Shown here: positions 1-11,633 of the stretch, piece by piece | Layout of the letters: each line of letters opens with the position of its first letter | How positions within the stretch are numbered: position 1 is the stretch's first letter | Source: Planctomycetota bacterium | Lineage (GTDB): Bacteria > Planctomycetota > UBA1135 > UBA2386 | Direction: 5' to 3' | DNA length: 64,000 nucleotides | NCBI GenBank assembly: GCA_947501605.1 | Contig: CANMWZ010000004.1 | Location: 64,001-128,000, forward strand | The notes under the pieces: model-generated | Told to the model about the DNA's origin: nothing | What the model saw: only the letters and a program-made list of their open reading frames with translations | Databases searched by the model: none | Translations under genes and position numbers: made by a program

Positions 1-2577
1 CAGTCGCTTCTTCGCCACGTCGGTCGGCGGCGCGTCGTGGTCGAGCATCAGGAAGCACCATGCCTTCTTGTCGCTGCGCCCGACCCGGCCGCGCAACTGG
101 TGCAACTCGCCCAATCCGAACTGGTCCGCGCGGTCGATCAGAATCGTGTTGGCGCGCGGCAGGTCGAGGCCGTTTTCGACGATGGTGGTGGAGACCAGGA
201 TGTCGAACTCGCCGCGCACGAAGGCCCGCACGGTCCGCTCCACTTCTTCCTCGTCCATCTGGCCATGGCCGATGGCGACGCGTGCCTGCGGAACGAGTTG
301 GCGCAAGCGCGTCGCGATGACCTGCAGGTCGGCGATCTTGTTGTGCAGATAGAACACCTGGCCGCCGCGGCCCAGTTCGCGCTGCAGCGCTTCCTGCAGC
401 AGATGGTCGTCGCGGAACACGACGCGCGTCTCGACATCCTGTCGGCCCGGTGGCGGTGTCGTGAGCGTGCTGATCGCACGGATCCCGAGCAGCGAACTGT
501 GCAGTGTGCGTGGAATCGGTGTCGCCGACAGCGTCAGCACGTCTACGTCGGTACGCAGTTGCTTCAGCCGCTCCTTCTGGCGCACACCAAAACGCTGCTC
601 TTCGTCGACCACGATGAGCGCGAGGTCCTTCCACTCCACCTTGCTACCAAGGATCTGGTGCGTGCCGACCACGATGTCGACTTGGCCGCGCAGCATGCGG
701 TCGTGGACTTCGTCGCGCTCTTTCTTGGTGCGGTAGCGCGACAGGAGCTCGACTTCGATGCCAAACGGTCTGCAGCGATCGGAGAACGTGTGCCAGTGCT
801 GCTCGGCGAGGATCGTGGTCGGCACCAGCACCGCAACCTGACGGCCGTGCATGGCCACTCGGAACACTGCGCGCAACGCGACCTCGGTCTTGCCGAAGCC
901 GACGTCGCCGCACAGCAGGCGGTCCATCGGCATCGGCTTCTCGAGGTCGGTGCGAATCTCCTGCCACGCAGTCGCTTGGTCCGCCGTGTCGCGGAAGGGA
1001 AAGGCGTCCTGGAAGTCGCGCTCGGTCGCGTCCGGCTGGTGTGCTGGACGTAGAACACGCGCGCGGGCTGCTTGCACTTCGAGCAGGTCCGCCGCCATAT
1101 CGAACAGGGCTTCCTGAACCTGCTCTTTGCGGCGCTGGAAGCCCTTGCCCCCGAGTTTGTCGAGCGCGATGCCACTGTGCGAGCCAACGTACTTCTGGAC
1201 GAGGTGGATCTTGCTGGCCGGAACCAGCAGGGTCACTTCGTCGTGGAAGCTGAGCCGGAGATGGTCCTCGGCGCCCTCGCCACGTTCCACCAACTCCATG
1301 CCGAGGAAGCGGGCAATGCCGTGCACTGCGTGCACGACGTAATCGCCGGGACCAAGCTCGAAGAAGCTCTGGATCGCGCGGCTCGGCACTGCGGTGCGTT
1401 CGCGAACCCGAGCTTGGTGCGGCACCCCGGCAAACTCGACATTCGACAGGACGGTGCACGACAACTCGGGAACGCGGAAGCCGCGGCTGATGGTCCCGAG
1501 CTGGACCGTGACTTGTTCCTGTGCGAGGTCGATCTGCTTGTGCGCGAAGATCTCCAATTGGCGTTGCCGTTCGGAGTCAGTGCGGCACAGGAGCAGCACG
1601 CGTCCTTGCAGGCCGCGCACGGAACGCAAGCGCCCGATCGGATCCGCTTCCCCAGAACCGACCGCGCTTCCCGCCGACAGGATCTTGAGGTCCAAGTCGT
1701 GACTGGGCAGCGCCGACAGCGATAGCTGCGCGCAGGTCCGAAGACTGTCGTTGAGCGCGTTCAGGCCGCGACCAAAGCCGCTGTCGAAGCTGGCCAACAG
1801 CGAGGTCCGCTGTTCGATCCGCAGCGGCTCGTAGAACACGACCAGCAGATTCTGCTGCTCGAGATGCGACAGCACCGTCGCATCGTCGACGAGATCGGCC
1901 ACGCCGCCGAGTTGCAGTTCGACGCGGTCCAGGACCTCGACGGTGCGTTGGGTCGCTGGGTCGAACGTGCGGATCGACTCCACGGTGCGATCGAAGAACT
2001 CCAAGCGCACGGCCGCATCGGCGCCGAGCGGAAACACGTCGAGCACATCGCCGCGAACGCTGACTTCGCCCGGCGCCAACACCAGCGGGACGGCGCGCAA
2101 ACCCGCTGCGGCGGCCAGTTGCAGCAGCGAGTCCCGTTGCAGCTCCTGTGCCTTCTGCAAGACGATGCGACCCTGCTGCAGCGCTTTGCGAGCAGGGGCC
2201 TTCTGCAACAGCGCCTCGATCGAGCCGAGCATCGTCGAGCGCGGTCGCGCTGCCGCCGAAAGTGCCTTGTGGCGTTCGCTCCGCGTCTGTGCGTCCGGCA
2301 GGCCTTGGTCGTCAGTTTCCTGGCGCGGCAGCACCGCGGCTTCGACGCGAAAGCAGGCGAGGTCAGCCTGCAGCTGCAAGCTGTCCACGTCATCAGCGGT
2401 TGCGATCAGCACGCGGCCGGTGTGGCCTTTCAGGGCGGTGGCGAGCAGTAGGGCCGCGCTGCCGCCCCAGAGGCCGCCGACCTTGCGCTGACTGCACAAC
2501 TCGATTGCGTCATGCACACGGCGCACGGTTGGCAACGCACGGAACTCGGCGATCAGCCGATCGATCGGGTCGACCAT
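1..2577 (-). CDS. mfd: Transcription-repair coupling factor Mfd (3' end runs off the left edge of the window)
   Basis: Translated by hand because it is missing from the ORF track. It begins [12 protein letters not shown]...[11 protein letters not shown] and contains [36 protein letters not shown] and [16 protein letters not shown]. An alternative GTG start lies at 2586. Confidence 0.95.
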   Translation of the reverse strand, partial: MVDPIDRLIAEFRALPTVRRVHDAIELCSQRKVGGLWGGSAALLLATALKGHTGRVLIATADDVDSLQLQADLACFRVEAAVLPRQETDDQGLPDAQTRSERHKALSAAARPRSTMLGSIEALLQKAPARKALQQGRIVLQKAQELQRDSLLQLAAAAGLRAVPLVLAPGEVSVRGDVLDVFPLGADAAVRLEFFDRTVESIRTFDPATQRTVEVLDRVELQLGGVADLVDDATVLSHLEQQNLLVVFYEPLRIEQRTSLLASFDSGFGRGLNALNDSLRTCAQLSLSALPSHDLDLKILSAGSAVGSGEADPIGRLRSVRGLQGRVLLLCRTDSERQRQLEIFAHKQIDLAQEQVTVQLGTISRGFRVPELSCTVLSNVEFAGVPHQARVRERTAVPSRAIQSFFELGPGDYVVHAVHGIARFLGMELVERGEGAEDHLRLSFHDEVTLLVPASKIHLVQKYVGSHSGIALDKLGGKGFQRRKEQVQEALFDMAADLLEVQAARARVLRPAHQPDATERDFQDAFPFRDTADQATAWQEIRTDLEKPMPMDRLLCGDVGFGKTEVALRAVFRVAMHGRQVAVLVPTTILAEQHWHTFSDRCRPFGIEVELLSRYRTKKERDEVHDRMLRGQVDIVVGTHQILGSKVEWKDLALIVVDEEQRFGVRQKERLKQLRTDVDVLTLSATPIPRTLHSSLLGIRAISTLTTPPPGRQDVETRVVFRDDHLLQEALQRELGRGGQVFYLHNKIADLQVIATRLRQLVPQARVAIGHGQMDEEEVERTVRAFVRGEFDILVSTTIVENGLDLPRANTILIDRADQFGLGELHQLRGRVGRSDKKAWCFLMLDHDAPPTDVAKKRL

Positions 2578-2595
2578 CGATTCCACGTCCGCGGA

Positions 2596-3378
2596 TCAGG
2601 CCTCGGCGGCGCTGTCGTCATTGCGCAGCTTGTGCAACAGGCGTGCAGCTGCGGCCTTCTCGGCCGATCGCTTGTTGGGGCCGATGCCCTCGGCAGAGCG
2701 ATCGTCTGGCACGCGCGCGACAACTTTGAACTGCTGCTCGTGCTGAAGTCCGGTCGTCGCGACGAGGTCGTAGCGCGGCTGGCCCAGCTGGTGCCGTTGG
2801 CAATGGTGCAACAACGCCGTCTTGCTGTCGAGAGTGTCGCTGCCGATGGGGGCTTTCGCTTCGAGGTTGCTGAGGATGTGACGCCGGACGAAGCTGCGCG
2901 CGGCGCGCACGCCGCCGTCGAGGTAGATCGCGCCGAGTACGGCCTCGACGAGATCGGCAAGGATGCGTTCGCCGTCGCGTTCGCTGGCACGCAGCCCTTT
3001 GCCGACCATCAGGTGGTTGCCCAGGTCGAGCTTGCGGGCTACGGCCGCGAGTGGCTTGCGGCTGACGAAGTGCGAACGCGTCTCGGTCAGCTCGCCTTCG
3101 GGGATCTCCGGCTCCTGTTGGAACAGTGCATCGGCGACGGCGAAGTTGAGGAAGGCGTCGCCCAGGAACTCCATGCGCTCGTAGTTGCGCTTGCCTTCAT
3201 TGCCGGTCGAGGCGTGCGTCAACGCGCGGTCAAGGTGGTCCAGCTCCGTGAACTCGTGTCCGAGTTCCTTCGCCAGCGCACGCAGCAAACGGCGGCGGGC
3301 ATCCTTCGGCGCTGAAGTGCGGTCGGGCATGGGCAGGTCGGGGGCGGAACCGTAGTCGGAGGTGGCCGATCTGGCCAC
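2596..3378 (-). CDS. rnc: Ribonuclease III
   Basis: ALTHAS...NYERMEFLGDA signature, LADLVEAVLGAIYLD, and a C-terminal dsRBD (KTALLHHCQR...KRSAEKAAA). The start may instead be ATG 3330. Confidence 0.95.
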   Translation of the reverse strand: MARSATSDYGSAPDLPMPDRTSAPKDARRRLLRALAKELGHEFTELDHLDRALTHASTGNEGKRNYERMEFLGDAFLNFAVADALFQQEPEIPEGELTETRSHFVSRKPLAAVARKLDLGNHLMVGKGLRASERDGERILADLVEAVLGAIYLDGGVRAARSFVRRHILSNLEAKAPIGSDTLDSKTALLHHCQRHQLGQPRYDLVATTGLQHEQQFKVVARVPDDRSAEGIGPNKRSAEKAAAARLLHKLRNDDSAAEA

Positions 3379-3456
3379 CTCCCCTCAGTGCTTTGCCGCC
3401 CCTGGAAGGGCTCCACCGTGCCGAAACCGAAGGTCCCCGGTTCCTGGCAGACGGGC

Positions 3457-5289
<1,833 letters not shown>

Positions 5290-5343
5290 GAAGTGCGCTC
5301 GTAGCAGCCGGCGGTAGGGTTCGGCCGACAAAAAGGGTGAAGG

Positions 5344-5371
5344 ATTGTCGCCGGAGCGCTCGGCTCGTCAA
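5344..5371 (-). promoter_or_regulatory. Candidate sigma70-type promoter of typA
   Basis: The minus strand reads TTGACG-N16-GACAAT, about 55 bp upstream of the typA ATG. Confidence 0.4.
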
Positions 5372-5473
5372 CGGGGGTCTGGAGCCAAGAACATCAATCC
5401 TCGCCGAACTGGGCCGGCAAGGCGTGGGATGGCCTCCGTTCGCGAGTGGCGAATCCGCCCCAGATCTCGGATC

Positions 5474-5746
5474 TCAGCCCGCGATCAGGGTCCAGAGCCC
5501 AATCGCGACGAAGCCGAGGCCGGCAATCCACTTGAGCGTCTCCGGTCCGATCACGGCAGTGATGGCCTGCCCGGCAAGCACGCCGATGGCGGTCGAGACG
5601 ACCAGCGCCGCGGCGGCGCCGAGGAAAACGTGCAGCTTGGCGCCGTCGTGCTTGGCGGCAAAGAGCATGGTCGAGAGCTGCGTCTTGTCGCCGAGTTCGG
5701 CGACGAAAACGGAGGCGAAGACGGTTCCGAGCAGTTTCCAGTCCAT
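5474..5746 (-). CDS. TMEM165/GDT1 (UPF0016) family Mn/Ca transporter, single-domain form
   Basis: FVAELGDKTQL motif and three hydrophobic segments in 90 aa. Confidence 0.92.
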   Translation of the reverse strand: MDWKLLGTVFASVFVAELGDKTQLSTMLFAAKHDGAKLHVFLGAAAALVVSTAIGVLAGQAITAVIGPETLKWIAGLGFVAIGLWTLIAG

Positions 5747-5773
5747 GGTGGGCAGGCTACCCGTGGAGGTCGA

Positions 5774-6352
5774 TCAGGGTACGCAGAGGCCGAACCTTCG
5801 CAGTGCTGCCGCCAGCTTCAGCAACGGTAGGCCCGTGATCGCGGTGTGGTCCTCGCCCTGCACGCGATCGAATAGCGCGATGCCGGCGCGTTCGAACTTG
5901 TAGCTACCGGCGCAATCGAGTGGTTGGTCGTGGTCGACGTAGCGGCCGATCTCGGCGTCGCTGAGTTTGCGCATGCGCAGGGTCGTGACCTCCACGAACT
6001 CCTCGACTTCCTTGCCGAACTGTACCGCCACTGCAGTGATCAGCAGGTGTTCGTTCCCTTGCAGCGATTGCAGTTGTTGTTTGGCCGCGGCGGCGGAGCC
6101 CGGCTTGCCGAGGATCTGTTCGCCCAACGCGGCCACCTGGTCGCAGCCGATGACGATGTCCTTGCCGTGCTTCTTGCCGACGTCAGCGGCCTTTGCCAGT
6201 GCGAGGCCGCGGGCCAGCGCGATGGGGCTTGGCTCGGCTGCACGGGCCGCGTTCTCGTCGACCTGCGGTGCGATGCACGTGAATGCGACGCCCAGACGTT
6301 CGAGGAGTTCCTTGCGGTAGGGCGAGGTGCTCGCCAGCACGAGTGCAACCAT
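5774..6352 (-). CDS. maf: Maf family nucleotide pyrophosphatase (YceF-like)
   Basis: LVLASTSPYRKELL, AKA, IGCDQV, ILGKP, DCAGSYK and ITGLPL motifs. Confidence 0.92.
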   Translation of the reverse strand: MVALVLASTSPYRKELLERLGVAFTCIAPQVDENAARAAEPSPIALARGLALAKAADVGKKHGKDIVIGCDQVAALGEQILGKPGSAAAAKQQLQSLQGNEHLLITAVAVQFGKEVEEFVEVTTLRMRKLSDAEIGRYVDHDQPLDCAGSYKFERAGIALFDRVQGEDHTAITGLPLLKLAAALRRFGLCVP

Positions 6353-6425
6353 GTCGGCAGGATGGCGAAAGAAGTCGGTGGCTGCAAGGTTGGCTCGACT
6401 CGCCCTGAACTCCAAGCTACCGGAC

Positions 6426-7514
6426 ATGAACCTGACCTACGCGTTCTACCTCGCCCTCGTCGCCGTGCTCTGCTCGGCCTGTGGCGGCGGCGACAAGAGT
6501 GCCTCGTCGTCGACGTCGCTGCAGAACGCCGCACCCACACCGGCACAGACCCAGACGCCGGCGGCCGCGCCCGCTCCCACAGTCAAGAAGCCCAAGGTCT
6601 CCCCGAAGCTCGACATGGCCTTGATCAAGGGCTACTTCGGCAGCGAGCCGTCGGCGCCGAAGGTCGACACCAAAAGCACGGTGGAGCAGGTCGCGCTCGG
6701 CAAGATGCTCTACCACGACGCCTCGTTGTCCAAGAACGGCAACGTCAGCTGCGCGTCGTGCCATGACCTTGCCGACTATGGTCAGGACGGCAGGCAGACA
6801 TCACCCGGGAGTGACGGCAAGAACGGCGAACGCAACTCGCCGACGACGCTGAACGCGTTCCGTCAGATCGCCCAGTTCCGGGATGGCCGTGCCGACACCG
6901 TCGAAGCGCAGGCGATCCTGCAGGTGCTCAACCCGAGCGAGCACGGGATCACTGACGACGCCGAGTTGCTGCAGAAGATCGGCGCCAAGCAAGAGCTCGT
7001 GGCAGCCTTTGGGCAAGCGTTCCCCGGCGAGGGCTCGGTCAGCATCGACAACTTCAAGAACGCGATCGGCGCGTTCGAGCGCACCCTGGTCACCCGATCA
7101 CCCTTCGACGACTTCCTCGACGGCAGCGCCAACGCACTCACGACCGAACAGAAGATCGGTCTCAAGCTGTTCATCGACGTCGGCTGCACGCAGTGCCACA
7201 CGTCGCGGCTCGTCGGCGGCAACCTCTACCAGAAGCTCGGCTTGTTGCGCCCCTACCCGACCGAGGACACCGGGCGTATGCGGGTCACGAAGAGTGAGGC
7301 CGACAAGTACCTGTTCAAGGTGCCGAGCCTCCTGAATGTCGCCGAGACGGCTCCGTACTACCACGACGGCAAGATGGCGACGCTGGCAGAGGCGGTGAAG
7401 AACATGGCTGCCATCCAGCTCAACAAGGACCTGTCCGCCGATGAGGTTCTGGTCATGGTCGCCTTCCTGAAGTCGCTGACCGGAACGGTGCCGGCAGAAG
7501 CGCTGAAGAAGTGA
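6426..7514 (+). CDS. Diheme cytochrome c peroxidase (CCP/MauG family), predicted lipoprotein
   Basis: Lipobox-like LCSAC and a Pro/Ala linker, then LGKMLYHDASLS, two CxxCH motifs (CASCH, CTQCH), RNSPT and FKVPSLLNVAETAPYYHDG. Confidence 0.9.
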   Translation: MNLTYAFYLALVAVLCSACGGGDKSASSSTSLQNAAPTPAQTQTPAAAPAPTVKKPKVSPKLDMALIKGYFGSEPSAPKVDTKSTVEQVALGKMLYHDASLSKNGNVSCASCHDLADYGQDGRQTSPGSDGKNGERNSPTTLNAFRQIAQFRDGRADTVEAQAILQVLNPSEHGITDDAELLQKIGAKQELVAAFGQAFPGEGSVSIDNFKNAIGAFERTLVTRSPFDDFLDGSANALTTEQKIGLKLFIDVGCTQCHTSRLVGGNLYQKLGLLRPYPTEDTGRMRVTKSEADKYLFKVPSLLNVAETAPYYHDGKMATLAEAVKNMAAIQLNKDLSADEVLVMVAFLKSLTGTVPAEALKK

Positions 7515-7577
7515 GTGGTCAAGGCGCGCGAGAGTCATCGAGTGGCGCGGTGCTGAAGGCCAGGGCACACTGAGCGG

Positions 7578-8963
7578 GTGACGGAGCCTGCGCCAACGGA
7601 CCGGTGGTTAGCCGCGGCGATCGTCGCCGCCAACTTCGGCCCCCCCTTCTTGTTCTCGGGGGTTGCCGTTGCGCTGCCAGCAATGGGCCGCGACCTCGCG
7701 GCCAGCGCTACGGAGCTAGGTCTCGTCGAGACGACCTTCTTGTGCAGCAGTCTTGCGCTGTTGTTGCCCGTCGGCCGGCTCGCCGACGCCAGCGACAAGC
7801 GTACGTGGTTCCTCTTTGGGCTTGTTGCCTTCGCGATCCTGTCCTTGGCCATCGCCGCGAGCTCGTCGATGGGGCTGATCCTGCTGCTGCGAACACTGCA
7901 GGGCGCCGCCTCGGCGACGTACACCGCCACCGGGTTCGCGGTGCTGGCAGACGTGGTCGGCAAGGAGCGGCGGGGGCGTGCGTTCGGCGCGGCGATTGGC
8001 GTGACCTATGCCGGTCTGTCGTTTGGACCGCTGGTCGCAGGTGTGCTCGTCGGGCAGTTCGGTTGGCGCAGCGTGTTCGTGTTCGGGGCAGCGCTGATCC
8101 TGTGCAGCTCCGTCGTCGTGTTCGCGCGACTGCCTCGGCAGTGGCGCGCGCCGGCGCGGGTAGTGCATGGTCCCAGCGTCGCGCTGTTGGCGGCCGCGGT
8201 CGCGGCGGCGGCGTTTGGCAGTGCCGTGGTGCACCGGGGCGTGCTGGGAGCCAGCGTGCTCGCGATGGCCGTGGTGTTCGCGGTGTCTTTCGTCTTCGTT
8301 CAGTTGCGGACCAAGCGGCCCTTGCTCGACCTGCGCGCGCTCGCTGCCAACGCCTCGCTGCGCGCCGCTCTCTTGGTGCAGATCGTCCTCTACTGCACGG
8401 CGTTCTGTTCGACGTTCTTACTGAGCCTTTGGCTGCAGGCGGTGCGGCACGTGACGCCCGACACGGCGGGACTCGTGATTGCGTCGGGCAGTCTGCTGAT
8501 GGCCATCGTGGCGCCGGCTGCCGGACGCCTTTTCGAGCGCTTCGGCGCCCAGCGGGTGACGCTCCTCGGCGTGTTGTTCGTGTTGCTGGCGACGCTGCTC
8601 GCGCGCACGCTCGACGTCGGCAGCGAGGCGAACTGGGCCGGTGTCGTGCTGGGGCTTCAGGCGCTCGGCTTTGGCCTGTTCAGCACGCCCAACATGGCGC
8701 GCATCATGGCGAGCCTGCCCGAGCGGCAGAGCACGATGGCGTCGGCGCTCGCGGCGATGGCGCGTTCGATCGGCATGGTCAGTGGCATGCTGCTGACCAA
8801 CGGTGCGATCGCTCTGGCGTGCGGCGACGGCGATGCGGCGGCCCATCCGATGGAGTTCGTCGCGGCGATGCGCAGGGTCTACACCGTGCTCTCGGCGACG
8901 GCCGTCGTGGCGCTGTTGTTGGCGGCGAGCGAGGTCAGTCCGCGGCGTCAACGCTCGAGTTGA
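7578..8963 (+). CDS. MFS transporter (EmrB/QacA-like drug:H+ antiporter type)
   Basis: Many hydrophobic segments, with GRLAD, LRTLQG, ERRGRAFG, FGWRSVF and GLFSTPN motifs. Confidence 0.88.
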   Translation: MTEPAPTDRWLAAAIVAANFGPPFLFSGVAVALPAMGRDLAASATELGLVETTFLCSSLALLLPVGRLADASDKRTWFLFGLVAFAILSLAIAASSSMGLILLLRTLQGAASATYTATGFAVLADVVGKERRGRAFGAAIGVTYAGLSFGPLVAGVLVGQFGWRSVFVFGAALILCSSVVVFARLPRQWRAPARVVHGPSVALLAAAVAAAAFGSAVVHRGVLGASVLAMAVVFAVSFVFVQLRTKRPLLDLRALAANASLRAALLVQIVLYCTAFCSTFLLSLWLQAVRHVTPDTAGLVIASGSLLMAIVAPAAGRLFERFGAQRVTLLGVLFVLLATLLARTLDVGSEANWAGVVLGLQALGFGLFSTPNMARIMASLPERQSTMASALAAMARSIGMVSGMLLTNGAIALACGDGDAAAHPMEFVAAMRRVYTVLSATAVVALLLAASEVSPRRQRSS

Positions 8964-8975
8964 CGTCGATCCAAG

Positions 8976-9845
8976 TCAGCGCGAGCGCTCGAGCCAGAGC
9001 CGGCCACCGCTGCTGTCCAATCGAAGCAACGTGTCGCGAAGCAGGCGCGCGCCGATCTTGGGGCAGCCGGGGACCAGCAGAATCGACGGCTCGCGCCACG
9101 TGAGGTTGCCGAGCCGCAGAACGCCGGCGAGGTGCGCGATCTCCTTGGGCTGGGTCCCGGCGATGGACGCGATCTCACCGTAGGCTCGGGGTTTGCCGGT
9201 GAACGGCACGTCAGTGCCGGGCGGCAGTGCGACCGATTGCTGAAATCCAGTGTCCACCAGCATCCGCACTGCCGTGCCTGCGAGGTCGACCGTGACCCAC
9301 GGCGAGCGTTCGTCGAACTGGTGCGCCGGCCCAGTCGGTGCCGCGCTGCGCGGCAAGCACCGAACGCTGTGGTTCTGATAGTCGATCTCGAGCAGGCACT
9401 GCCGAAACAGGTCACAACCGGCGATGCCGGCGATCGGCAAGCCACCGTGCTCGCGCAGCAGCGAGAGGTCGAGTCCGATCGCATCGACGTCCTGAAACTC
9501 CACTTCGCCAAGCCGCAGTGCCGGCAGGCGCTCGAACTGGACCCCTGGCACCGCCGTGCCAGTGGCGGTGACGACGGGTTCGTCACCCAGGGAGCGGAGG
9601 CCGAGAGAGCGCCCGAACTGCAGATCGAGCAGGGTCTTGTCAGTGCCGGTGTCCAACAACAGTACGTGGCGGCCAGCGAGTCCGGGGAACTCGGCAAACA
9701 GCAGGAATGCGCCGCGCACGTGGCGCGACGGCAAGACCGCAGCTCCGTCCGTGGGCAGGGTCGTGCGCCGCGGGCCCAACTCCGGAGTCGCGCAGGCAGC
9801 GACCAAGAGCAGGGCTACGAGTTGAGTCAGCTTCTCCGGTTTCAA
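8976..9845 (-). CDS. Aspartyl protease with two retropepsin-like domains, predicted lipoprotein
   Basis: LLVAAC lipobox, two DTG motifs (LLDTGT, LVDTGF), and GIAGCDLF and IGARLL flap-like motifs. TTG start. Confidence 0.75.
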   Translation of the reverse strand: MKPEKLTQLVALLLVAACATPELGPRRTTLPTDGAAVLPSRHVRGAFLLFAEFPGLAGRHVLLLDTGTDKTLLDLQFGRSLGLRSLGDEPVVTATGTAVPGVQFERLPALRLGEVEFQDVDAIGLDLSLLREHGGLPIAGIAGCDLFRQCLLEIDYQNHSVRCLPRSAAPTGPAHQFDERSPWVTVDLAGTAVRMLVDTGFQQSVALPPGTDVPFTGKPRAYGEIASIAGTQPKEIAHLAGVLRLGNLTWREPSILLVPGCPKIGARLLRDTLLRLDSSGGRLWLERSR

Positions 9846-9854
9846 GACGGCACC

Positions 9855-11633
9855 TCAAGAGCACGCGCGCAGCATGCCGGCGTAGATGTCGTTCTGTCGC
9901 AGGAGTTGATCGTGCGTGCCGGCTTCGGCGATGCGGCCGCCGGCGATCACCAGGATTGTCGAGCTTTGGCGCACCGTCGACAAACGGTGGGCGACGACCA
10001 GTGCCGTCCTGCCACGCAGCGCCACTACGAGCGCGTTCTGCAGGCGGGCCTCGGAGGCGCTGTCGATGCTTGCCGTCGCCTCGTCGAGCACCAGCACTGC
10101 GGGGTCGGTGACCAGCGCGCGGGCGAACGCCAGCAGTTGCCGTTGGCCCTGTGAGAAGGTGCCGCCTCGTTCTTCTACCTGTGCCTGCAGGCCGCCCTTC
10201 AGCGCGCGCACGAACTCCGCGGCGCCGACGAGTTCGAGTGCGTTCCACACCTGCTCCTCAGAGATGCTGCGGTCGAACAGCCGAACGTTGTCGATCACCG
10301 ACCCGGTGAACAAGAACAGGTCTTGGGCGACGACGCCGACGCGGCGTCGCAGCGAGGTGAGGTCCCACTGGCGGACGTCGATGCCATCAACCAGCACGCG
10401 ACCGTTGGTCACGTCGCGCAAACGCGAGACCAAGGAGAGCATCGTCGTCTTGCCAGCGCCCGTGGGGCCAACGATGGCGATGGTTGCGCCTGGTTCCGCT
10501 CGAAACGACACGCCGTTCAGCACCGGCTCGCCATCGCGATAGCCGAAGACGACATTCTCGAACTCAATGCTGGCGGCGCCGCGCGCTGTCGGGGCGAACG
10601 CATTTGCGATCGGTGGTGGAAACCGTGGCGTGTCGAGGATGAGGAAGATGCGCTCGGTGCTCGCGAACGCAGCTTGGAGTACGTTGTACTTCTCGCCCAG
10701 TTCTTTGATCGGCGAGGTCAACATCCCGAAGTAGAGCCAGAACTGGATGAACATGCCGGGATCTGCTTCGCCGCGCAGAACCGACGTGCCGCCGAACCAG
10801 AGCAGGCCAATGCCGGTTGCACGCAGTGCGAAGTCGACCAACGCGAAGAACACCGAGAAGTGGTAGACGGTCGCTCGCCACGACTGCGCGGTGTCGGCGT
10901 TGAGTGCCTCGTAGCGCGTCTGGACGGCGTCCTCGCGACCGAACGCGCGGGTCGCCCGCACGCCGCCGATCGCCTCGGTGGTGTAGGCATTCTGTAGTGC
11001 GAGCTTGCCGCGGACCGCGCGGTAGGCGCGCTGGGCATTGCGGCGAAAGAGGATGCTGATCAAGATCACGACTGGGGTGGTCGCGACGGTGAACAGAGCG
11101 AGTCGCACATCGAGGAAGAACAGCGCGATCAGAACGCCGACGATCTTGAGCAGATCGAACGCGCTCTGCAGTACGCCGGTCGAGATCAGTTCGTTGAGGT
11201 TCTCGACGTCGCTCGTGACGCGCGTCGTCAACTTGCCGGCGGCGTTGCGTTCGTGGAAACCGATGCTCGCGTGCAGCAGGTGGTCAAACAGCTGTCGCCG
11301 CACGTCGCGGATCACGCGTTGGCCGTTCCATGCCGTTAGCTGGCCGTAGACGTAGCTGCACGCGGTTCCGAGGAGGACCACGAGCAAGAAGGCTCCGGCA
11401 TACCACCACAGGTCTGTCGTGCGCTCGGCGACCGTGCGGCCCTCGGTCCGCATCGGGCCATTGATCGCGGCACGCAACAACCACGGGCCGACCAGTTCGA
11501 TGGCGAACGACACGACGAGCAACGACAGACTGGCGGCGAACGCGCGCCGATACGGACGCACGAACGGCCAGAGGCGCGGCAGAAAGCCGAGATCGATCGG
11601 GCGCTCCAGCAGATCGTCGTCTTCGAGGCTCAT
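9855..11633 (-). CDS. ABC exporter (TMD+NBD), heterodimer subunit with a consensus Walker B
   Basis: N-terminal TMD, then GPTGAGKT, FSQGQRQ, LVLDEATASID and AHRLST. Confidence 0.93.
   Translation of the reverse strand: MSLEDDDLLERPIDLGFLPRLWPFVRPYRRAFAASLSLLVVSFAIELVGPWLLRAAINGPMRTEGRTVAERTTDLWWYAGAFLLVVLLGTACSYVYGQLTAWNGQRVIRDVRRQLFDHLLHASIGFHERNAAGKLTTRVTSDVENLNELISTGVLQSAFDLLKIVGVLIALFFLDVRLALFTVATTPVVILISILFRRNAQRAYRAVRGKLALQNAYTTEAIGGVRATRAFGREDAVQTRYEALNADTAQSWRATVYHFSVFFALVDFALRATGIGLLWFGGTSVLRGEADPGMFIQFWLYFGMLTSPIKELGEKYNVLQAAFASTERIFLILDTPRFPPPIANAFAPTARGAASIEFENVVFGYRDGEPVLNGVSFRAEPGATIAIVGPTGAGKTTMLSLVSRLRDVTNGRVLVDGIDVRQWDLTSLRRRVGVVAQDLFLFTGSVIDNVRLFDRSISEEQVWNALELVGAAEFVRALKGGLQAQVEERGGTFSQGQRQLLAFARALVTDPAVLVLDEATASIDSASEARLQNALVVALRGRTALVVAHRLSTVRQSSTILVIAGGRIAEAGTHDQLLRQNDIYAGMLRACS

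Noticed and set aside
37..3315. Long plus-strand ORFs (338, 217, 195 and 267 aa) and the many similar shadow ORFs across the window, e.g. 57095-59368 (-), 36570-38087 (-) and 44414-46000 (-)
   Set aside because: They are antisense or out-of-frame shadows of well-supported genes or tRNAs. Such ORFs are expected in GC-rich DNA and show no recognisable motifs.
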